Source: the human T2T-CHM13v2.0 reference genome, Homo sapiens
Assembly (NCBI RefSeq): GCF_009914755.1
Contig: NC_060932.1
Direction: 5' to 3' (one strand)
DNA: 64,000 nucleotides
The notes under the pieces are model-generated. The model worked only from the letters and a program-made list of their open reading frames with translations, did no database searches and was not told the origin of the DNA. The translations under genes and the position numbers were made by a program. Shown here piece by piece: positions 55,527 to 64,000 of the stretch (within the stretch, counting starts at the first letter, position 1; the number at the start of each line of letters is the position of its first letter).

Positions 55527-55933
55527 TGCTATAGTTTGAATGTGTTCCCTCCAAAATTCAGGTACTGATAGTTAACAGCAGCCGATATGATGGTATTACA
55601 CACAATAGTAGGTTCTTTAGGAGGTGGTTAGGCCATGAGTGCCTCCCCCAAGAATGGGATGAAGGACCTCATAAAAGAGGCTTCTCACAGCATTGTGACC
55701 TCTAGCCCTCCCACCTTCCATAAGTGAGGACACAGTGTTCCTCCCCTCTGGAGGATGCAGCAACAAAGTGTCATCTTGGAAGCAGAGGAGCCATCACCAG
55801 ACAACAGAACCAGCCAACAGCTTGATCCTGGACATCTCATTTTCTCCAGAACTGGGATAAAATAAATTCCTGTTTTTTAATAAATTTCCCAATTTCAGGT
55901 ATTTTGTGATAGCAGCAAAAACAGACTAAGACA
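55527..55933 (+). mobile_element. MST-type MaLR LTR
   Basis: TGCTATAGTTTGAATGTGTTCCCTCCAAAATTCA...AACAGACTAAGACA. Confidence 0.88.
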
Positions 55934-58150
55934 ACTAGTATGAAAATATACATTAACAAATAAAATTAATCATAATATATGTTTGCTTTTAAAAGAAAAT
56001 AAATAAACCAATATGCTTTCTGTTGATTGATTGATTTACTAAACATTGATTGGCCATCTCCACTGGGGATATGGCATTTAAGAGATCTCTTTGATCTTAG
56101 TACTTTTACTGCTTTTTAAATAGGATCAAATACACCCAAGGTAAAAAATAGAACACACTATACGTTACATTTTGGAACTGTTAGAAATTCCTTTGAAGCT
56201 AAAATTACTGCTATCATTTGACAACTTTTACCCCTAAAATAATGTGGTGCTCACCAGCTTGCTTAAGTTACAGCACTTGCTGTCTTCTCAGATACAATAT
56301 CAGAAACTTATAATCCAAGAAAAATCTAAATGGCAAGTGTGAGTTAATGGAAGCCTCATAAAGCAAGAGGTGTTTTGGAAGTGTATGGAAGACATCAATA
56401 AATGATATGTATAACATCAAGTGCAAAAGTGTGTGCTAGGAAAGTTCAAAAAAGAAAAAAAATATGGTAAGGTAAGACCAGAGATTGGGGAGTATATAGC
56501 TTTTGGGAATTCAGGAAATGCTAACGTCTATGGAGAATTTGCATAGGTGAAAGATCAGATTGGAAGCCTTTCTCTGTGGAAGCATTGTGGATCTAAGTCC
56601 AGAAGTGATCCTGAGCCACCTACTATGGAAAGGTGTCAGTGAGCAAGAGACTGTCTGACAAAGGTGGAAGCTGAGCAGACTTCTACTGCGCATCGCCTAT
56701 GTACAGGCCAGATTCCAAGGGCTGATATTACACTGCTAGTTTGATCTTTCTCAGATAGCTGGGTAGAGAGGGAAAAGTTTCACCCCAAATACCAGATGCC
56801 TCCAAACATCTAGATGCTTGGTGTTATGTATTTCAAACAGCAGGTTTGATAAAGCTGTTTTTACTCTCCAGTTGGATGTTGGTTGTCAAGGCTGTCATTA
56901 ACTTCTGGGAGTTCCCAAATCCTCAGAGAGAGAGAAATAAGCAGTTCTGCCTGCAATCAGAAGCTGGCTTTGAGCCCCACATGGCAACATGCCTGTATTT
57001 AATTAGAAGTGGCTTAGTTCTTGGGATTTACTGTGGATTGAGTCTACGAAGCTGGAAGGTTTTATCCTGAGTATTCCACTGTCTCCTCATGTGGATTTTA
57101 TCAAATTTCTCCTTTAACCATATAAGCGCTTTCAAAGTTGACATATCACACTTAGTTATGAGGGGAACCTAGAAGTATGATTGTGACGTGCATTGTTGAG
57201 AGACCATGCTTTGTAAGTGTTAATAATTAAAATTATTTTGAACACTAATTATGCTGAAGACTGGATTTTCTACTCCTTCAGATGTTTTCCAGTGGACATA
57301 TTTTGCCCTTTTAATAAATTGATTGCGAACTTATCTTCATTTCACCTTTATGATGTTATACCTTTTCATTTTTGTCTTCTCATAGCTAGGGTCTCCTGGT
57401 CCCCAAATGTAGACACACATCTTACACCAATCCCAGAGCCATTTTGTATAAGAGCCACCATGGATTTAACCAGCTTTAGCTCCAGTATTTGAACATAATG
57501 TTCAGCATCATCACCTGGCCACCAAATCAAAACTGAGCACCCTTTAATCCATCAACAAGTTCTCTGCAGCCATGCAAGGTTATGAAATGGGCACAGACAT
57601 CAATATACAGTCTTTGTGTTTAAGAGGTTCATGGTCTACCTGAGAAATGCATCTTTAAACCTAAAGTAGACGCTCTGTTTATTCCATAAATGATTTTTAA
57701 GCATCAATGGTATATCAAGCACTGTACTGGCTTCTGGGCTATAATAAATATATAAAGACCACAAGTTTGAATTTCATGACATTGAACTATAATGTTTAAA
57801 TGTTATAATAATCATAGTAAATGTCCTTGAGGAGCTACGGAAGATTCCTGCATGAAGCAGAAACAAGAAGCTGAAGAAAAAACAACTGGCTTTGGGGGCT
57901 ATATAAATATAACCCTCAAATTAAAAACTCAATAGTTTGATTGATTACCAAATCAATACAGCCAGAAAATAAATGTATTACCCCAAAAGCTTGAGTGAAG
58001 AAAGACTTCTGTAAGTTACTAGAAAGCGCTAAGGAAGAAATAAAAGAATGATATTCCTGAGAGCCAGGTGCTTTCTGTAGGACACACAGATACAGAATGA
58101 GGGAAAACAGAAAATTCTATGGTTGTGGATTCAAAATAGAGGCATCACCA

Positions 58151-58943
58151 TGTCTATCTCATCAGGGTTTAACCAGAGGAAACCAAACCAGTAAGATATC
58201 TGTATTAAGAGATTTCTTGCAAAGAATTGACCTATGTGATTGTGGGCACTGGCTAGGTAAATCCTAAGTCCACAGAGCAGGCAGGAAGAAAACAGGCTGG
58301 GACTTGTAGGCACAGGATGAAGCTGCAATACTCATGTGGATGCTGCTCTTCTTCAGGGAAGACTTGGCTCTGCTCTCAAGGACTTTCAGGTGATTAAATC
58401 AGGCCCACTCACATTATCTAAAATAATCTCCCTTACTCAAAACCAAGTGATTATGGACTTTAATCACATCTATAAAATATCATTATAGTAACACCTAAAT
58501 TAGTGTTTGAATAACTGAGAGTTGTAACTGATATGGTTTGGCTATGTCCCCACCCAAATCTCATCTTGAATTATAGTTCTTATAATCCCCATGTGTTGTG
58601 GGAGGAACCAGGTGGAGATAATTGAATCATAGGGGCAGTTTCTCCCATTCTGTTCTCATGATAGTGAGTTAGTTCTCAGGAGATCTCATGGTTTTATAAA
58701 GGGCTTCCCTCTTTGCTCCATTTTCATTCTCCTTCTTCCTGCTGCCATGTGAAGAAGGACATGTTTGCTTCCCCTTCTGCCATGATTGTAAGTTTCCTGC
58801 GGCCTCCCCAGCCACGCTGAACTGTGAGTCAATTAAATCTCTTTTCTGTATAAATTACCCAGTCTTGGGCAGTTTTTATAGCAGCATGAGAATGGACTAA
58901 TACAGTAACTTTACCAAGTGGACACATAAAACTGATCATTACA
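58151..58943 (-). mobile_element. MLT2D-like ERVL LTR containing a THE1
   Basis: CCAAGTGGACACATAAAACTGATCATTACA terminus; AGGCCCACTCACATTAT. Confidence 0.8.
58529..58904 (+). mobile_element. THE1D-like LTR
   Basis: TGATATGGTTTGGCTATGTCCCCACCCAAATCTC...GGACTAATACA; TSD GTAAC (58524-58528, 58905-58909). Confidence 0.92.
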
Positions 58944-59648
58944 ATGTACAGTGAATATTTGGTGAGTTAATAGATATATTCATAACTGAATGAAAGAGGA
59001 TGGTGATTCCTACTTCAGGGTGGTATTATGAGAGTTAAAAGGGTTAGCATAGATAGAACACTTTTCTATGATTGATCTAAGGTTGGCTTTTAGGGACTAC
59101 ATTATACATATGGGTTTTGTCTTCATGTTTTTGCTTGCATTTCTCTCTCTGCCCACTCTTGGGGCTATTTGGATGTCACCTCTTCTTCTTCTGAGCTCCA
59201 GTCTATGTATTCCCTGTTCCATCATCACAACCACTGAAGTCTACACTCCTCATTAGATTCAGGGAACCCAGATGCCAGCCAAAGACATCCCTTTCCCTCA
59301 TGACCCAGTTGAAAAAATTCTCCACCCTTCTGTTAATTCTAGAATATTTAGGAGTAAAGATCTTTTCCCTCAGATATCTGTCAATTCCCGGCCTTATATC
59401 TCAAAGCCCCTTTTCATCCAGGTTTCCTAGATCATTTCTTGTCGTCCCTGTGCTATAACTCATTAACCCAGGCATAAAACTCATCAGCTACTAATGTCCT
59501 CTTCCATCCCAGACTCCCCTCACACCAATAATTCTTGAATAGAGCAACCCAAATTGAGAATTTTAAGTAAAATTGAAGGTAAATTTAATTGCAGGAGGAC
59601 ATACAACATTAACCTTTAAATAGAGATCCTAATTCTTAAAAAAAAAAG

Positions 59649-60894
59649 TCCTCATTGATCTCGGGGCCGTTTCACGCAGGTGCTTTTCTAAATCATCAAG
59701 GTAATCTTCAGCTTCACTTTCAGTCTCCTTCTTCGGCTCTGGCGCTGCCACTGGCTCTTCCTGTGCTAATGTGGTTGTGGCAGCTGCAATGGCTGCAGGG
59801 GTCACAGCAGCTGCAGCAGCTGCAGCCACAGCCTTTTCCTTCTTGTGTTTTTTGTGCTTCTTGTGCTTCTTATCCTTTTTGTGTTTCCTGTCCTTCTTTT
59901 TCTTCTTTTTCTTTCCATCTCCTTCTTGATCTGAATTTCTTGGCAGTGATGGGCTCGGTGTTGGGCTTTTGGCCTTTTTAACCGGTACAGCTGGTGACCA
60001 GTTTGTAGACGGTGACTGAGACTGGATGGGGGATGGAGATGCTGGGGGCTTTTTAGCTGCTGGCTCAGGAGACCCAGAGACAGATCGGGAGGATGAGACC
60101 CTCCTTACAGACTGTGGGCTTGGGGAAGCAGCCTTTTTTTATCTTTTTAGGTTCCGGAGTCCTGGAGACTCTCCTAATGGGCCTAGTACTTGGAGACGGG
60201 GACTGCCTTCTTTGGGGTGATGACGACGCTCCTCTTCGAACGGGTGGAGGACTTGAGGTCTGAGGAGCTCGAGGCCGTGATGAGGGCGAATGCCATTTGT
60301 TTGGATGTGGTGATCGGGCCTCCCGGGTAGAGCGGCTTGGGGAAGACCCTTTCCTATGCTTGGATGATAGTGAAGGTGAACGTCTCTTGGTGACTGGGGA
60401 GCTTCTTTGGGAGGTGGAGAATGGGAGACCCGCCGCTTTGGTGGTGGAAATGGTGATGCTCTTCGTTTAGGAGGGGGAGGAGGTGAAGCCGTTCTTCTCT
60501 TTGGAGGTGGAGAAGGAGAGTATCTCCTCTGTATTGGAGGAGAGTATCTTCTAGGAGAAGGTGAGCGCCGACGTAGGGGAGGAGAAGGAGTCCTTCCTCG
60601 TGGTGGTGGTGTGGGAGTCCTGAGCCGTCGAGGATGAGGGGCGGGAGAAGGAGACCGTCGCCTTCTGGTGGGTGGTGGGGATGGACTTCTCCTCCGTCTA
60701 CCATGAGGGGAAGTCTCTTTTTGGTGCTTTCGTGGTGATGGAGAAGCACTCCGGGAAGGGGAATGTCTCCGCCGCTTGCCAACCTCACCATTCTTCACAT
60801 GGGATCTCTTGGGTCGTTCATCTTCTGAGGAGAAGGAGGAACCAGAGTCAGATGAAGACTGCTGGTTTTGTCGTCTGTATTGGCGTCTCTGCTG
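59649..60894 (-). pseudogene. SRRM1P1: Processed SRRM1 pseudogene, inverted arm (C-terminal RS/Pro-rich CDS, intronless, frameshifted near 60406)
   Basis: Translates QQRRQYRRQNQQSSSDSG...RRYSPPIQRRYSPSPPPKRR...AAAAAAAVTPAAIAAATTTLAQEEPVAAPEPKKETESEAEDYLDDLEKHLRE, matching SRRM1. Confidence 0.95.
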
Positions 60895-61912
60895 AGATCA
60901 ATGAGGAAGGCCCAAGTGTCCCCACAGTCTTAGGGGGAAATGTTTGTTATGATGTAAATTTTATTTGGTTTGTACGCAGTTCAATTTCAAAATTGCTAAA
61001 ATGTGTTTGAGCTTTAGACTATAACATTTGTTGTAATAATTGCTAGGTTGAAGTTCAACATGTAAAAAAAGGGGGCATGGATTTACATTGCAAAAGGTGT
61101 CCACAGTGTATTAGTGACATTCTTTCATTGACAGCTGACATAATTCATTGAGTGAAATATTTTAAGCCAAAAAAAATTCCCTTTTTAAAAAAGGGGGTTT
61201 AAATACTGTTGACATTTTTATGGTTCCTTTAAATGCTCTGGCTATTCCCAGAGGGGTTTTTTTGTTTGTTTTTTTGGTTTTGATTTGCTTTTTGTTTTTC
61301 TTTCTTCTTCTTACTTTTTTTTCCATTTGAGTCTTAGCTCCCATTTAAGTTATGCTTCTGACCTTGTATGGTCTGTAAGCTTGCCCAGAAATAAGACCAC
61401 TGTTTTGAACTACCACAAAAGTATAAATGAATATTTTAATGCCACAGTCTTTCCTGTTGCCTGTGGAGTCTCTGCTGAAATGAATCAGGATTCGAGCTCT
61501 AGGATAAGACAGAAAATGAAAGCATGTTGTTTGCCAGGACACTGTGGGTTTATATTGATGTGTAACAACTTGATTTGGAACACTGGACTCTCATTCTGTT
61601 CTTCTGGTTTTGTTTTTTTGTTTTGTTTTTTTCTTTTGTAAAGGCCATGAACTAGTCCCAGAAAGGATTCCTTCAGTTACATACAATTTGTTTAATGAAA
61701 TGTCATGGCTCTGTTCATATTTTTGTCTTGTTCTTCCAATTGGTATATACAACTTTCAGAGCCTCTTGTATTTGGAAGGCTGGAAGGGCCCAGACTTTGG
61801 AATAGTGTCTTGGTTTCACTGTTTTTGTTTTGATTTTTTTTAAACTAAAGCTATATAAAGCTTGTGGATTAAACAGAATAAATTTCTAAATTTAAAAATT
61901 TAAAAAAAAAAA
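60892..61912 (+). pseudogene. SRRM1P1: Processed SRRM1 pseudogene, forward arm (last codons, stop, 3'UTR, poly(A))
   Basis: LRSMRKAQVSPQS* with TAG at 60931-60933; AATAAA 61877-61882; A tail; TSD AAAAAAAAAAGTC at 59638-59650 and 61903-61915. Confidence 0.92.
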
Positions 61913-62878
61913 GTCTATTGTCTTCCCTCCCCTACCCTAAGCAATATGCAATAGTGGCTCTTCAATAGTCCCTGACTCTTCTTCTCTTCCTGGACTGCCC
62001 ATCTCCTGATCAACCCTTAATTTCTCTTCCTTCTCTCACCCTTCTTTTCAGGATTGAATTAATGAATCCTTTCTTCTCACTCATGCAGGGTAAGTTTCTG
62101 CTTCCCTGGGTCTTTCTGTTTACTGACTGCAACAACTTCAGATTATACCTCTTCTACTCCAAGTGCTTTCAAAGAAAGTCCTCTGCCAAGACAAATTCAT
62201 TACGTTTTTTCCCTCTACCTGTTTGCCTTTATTCTCTTTTGTATTTCATCTTCTCATCTAGATTGAATAATCTTTGAGAGCACAGATGTTTATTTATATT
62301 TTTCCTTTCCATTTCTACTCAGCATGAGGTGTCCATTGAACAAACTTGATGAATTTTTATTGCTTAATATCTTGCTAGAGGTGGGGAGAGAGGTTGGGGG
62401 CGGTTAAGGAACTATCAGCTAGCCTAGGAGATATTAAAGCTGCAGAGATTTGGCTGTCTTGTTCAACATTATATCCTTAGGGATTAGTACATAGGCTTGC
62501 AAATAGCAGGTATGAATAAAAAATTATTGAATGAGTAAATGAATTTAAAATATAAGTTACTTAGGCGGTATCTTCAGGCATATCTGTGTTTATGTGGTAT
62601 TCAATGGCCCACAAATGTCTACATCCTAATTCCTAAGATCTGTAAACATTAATTTGCATGACAAAAGAGACTTTACAGATGTGATTAAATGAAAGGATTT
62701 TGACATGCAGATAATATCCTGTATTCTTCATGTGGAACCAATGTATTTACAAGGGTCCTTATAAGTAAAACAGAGAAGCAGGAAAATGAGGGTCGCAAAA
62801 AAAAAAAAAAAAAACAAACATGAAGACAGAGAAGAGGTTAGAGTGATGTTGGCTTTAGAGATGGAAGGAGTCACAAGC

Positions 62879-63908
62879 TGTCTTAAAGGAATAAGACAAG
62901 CTGTCTTAAAGGAATTGTTATAAAGGAATAGCTGAAGCTGGGTAATTTATTTTAAAAAGGTTTATTTTGCTCACTATTCTCATGTCTGGAAAAGTTTAAT
63001 ATTGGGTAGCTGCATCTGGCAAGGGCCTCAGGCTGTTTCCACTCATGTCAGAACGTAAAGGGGAGCTGGTGTGTTTAGAGATCACGTGGGGAGAGAGGAA
63101 GCAAGAGAGAGGGAGGAGGGGCCAGGCTTTTTTTAAACAACCAGCTCTTTTTTTTAAAAAAAATTATACTTTAAGTTCTGGTATACATGTGCAGAATGTG
63201 CAGGTTTGCTACATAGGAATACACATGCCATAGTGGTTTGCTGCACCCATTAACCTGTCTTCTACATTAGGTATTTCTCCTAATGCTATCCCTTCCTTAA
63301 CCCCCAAACCCTGACAGGCCCTGGTGTGTGATGTTCCCCTCCCTGTGTCCATGTGTTGTCATTGTTCATCTCCCACTTATGAATGATAACATGCAGTGTT
63401 GGGTTTTCTGTCCTTGTGATAGTTTGCTGAGAATGATGATTTCCAGCTTCATCCATGTCCCTGCAAAGGACATGAACTTATCCTTTTTATGGTTGCATAG
63501 TATTCCATGGTGTATATGTGCCACATTTTCTTTATCCACTCTATCATTGATGGGCATTTGGGTTGGTTCCAAGTCTTTGCTATTATGAACAGTGCTGCAG
63601 TAAACATACGTGTGCATGTGTCTTTGTAGTACAGTGATTTATAATCCTTTGGGTATATACACAGTAATGGAATTGCTGGGTCAAATGGTATTTCTGGTTC
63701 TAGATCCTTGAGGAATTGCAACATTGTCTTCCACAATGGAACAACCAGTTCTCTTAAGAATAAAAGTGAGAACTCACTTCCCTGGCCCCAGAGAGAGCAA
63801 AAGCAATTCATCCCCATCACCCAAACACCTCCCATTAGGCCCTACCTCCAACATTGGGATCAAATTTCAACATGAGGTTTTTAGGGGACAAACATCCAAA
63901 CTATGTCA
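62879..63908 (-). mobile_element. MSTB-type LTR hosting an L1PA
   Basis: CTGGGTAATTTAT...CACCTCCCATTAGGCCC...GGGACAAACATCCAAACTATGTCA. Confidence 0.85.
63149..63739 (-). mobile_element. L1PA6/7 3' end
   Basis: TTAAGTTCTGGTATACATGTGCAGAATGTGCAGG...; TSD AACAACCAGCTCT (63136-63148) / AACAACCAGTTCT (63740-63752). Confidence 0.93.
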
Positions 63909-64000
63909 CAAGACAATTCATGTAAGCAGCCTCTAAAAGATGGAAGAGGCAAGGAAACAGATTCTCCCCTAAAGCCCACAGAAGGAAAGCAGCCCTGCCA

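Larger units (their letters stand above)
46080..55610 (-). ncRNA. PCAT2: PCAT2 lncRNA locus (extent inferred)
   Basis: Recalled position relative to SRRM1P1 and PRNCR1; - strand AATAAA at 46093-46098, acceptor at 46308-46309, donor AAG|GTATGT at 55509. Confidence 0.4.
53260..64000 (+). ncRNA. PRNCR1: PRNCR1 intronless lncRNA region (start approximate; runs past window end)
   Basis: Exact matches to a recalled PRNCR1 qPCR pair, CCAGATTCCAAGGGCTGATA (56708-56727) and ACCAGATGCCTCCAAACATC (56791-56810); contains SRRM1P1; transcript ends are not visible in sequence. Confidence 0.7.
62593..64000 (+). mobile_element. MLT1D LTR hosting an MST LTR
   Basis: GACTTTACAGATGTGATTAAATGAAAGGATTTTG...; resumes GGCAAGGAAACAGATTCTCCCCT after ~63910. 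Confidence 0.8.

Noticed and set aside
60139-60798. 219-aa SRRM1-like ORF as a functional retrogene
   Set aside because: 5'-truncated with no PWI domain; starts at an internal non-ATG codon; frameshift near 60406
60026-61010. Gly-rich + strand ORFs (60026, 60407, 60672)
   Set aside because: Antisense shadows of the Pro/Arg/Ser-rich SRRM1 CDS; no independent coding evidence

Overview
This window is human (primate) non-coding genomic DNA, AT-rich, with no intact protein-coding gene, tRNA, rRNA or CRISPR array. It is dominated by nested transposon fossils: L1, L2, MIR, Alu, MaLR/ERV LTRs, Tigger and MER5/MER58. Two landmarks point to the 8q24.21 prostate-cancer gene desert between PCAT1 and CASC19/MYC. 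One is a processed SRRM1 pseudogene (SRRM1P1) at 59.6-61.9 kb. The other is exact matches at 56708-56727 and 56791-56810 to a PRNCR1 qPCR primer pair recalled from the literature; this locus call is from memory, not from a search. Most notable observations: (1) the SRRM1 retrocopy is a twin-primed inversion, so a + strand lncRNA (PRNCR1) would carry ~1.25 kb antisense to the SRRM1 CDS fused to ~1 kb of sense SRRM1 3'UTR with its poly(A) signal; (2) a probable site of the SPDEF-gain risk variant at the edge of a MaLR LTR; (3) an unidentified 216-nt A-tailed insertion inside an old L1; (4) a Tigger1 whose two TIRs share the same non-consensus bases; (5) an L1PA7 with an open RT core interrupted downstream by a MER11A solo LTR. 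Subfamily names and most old-repeat boundaries are by-eye and approximate. I found no evidence of a new multi-gene system.
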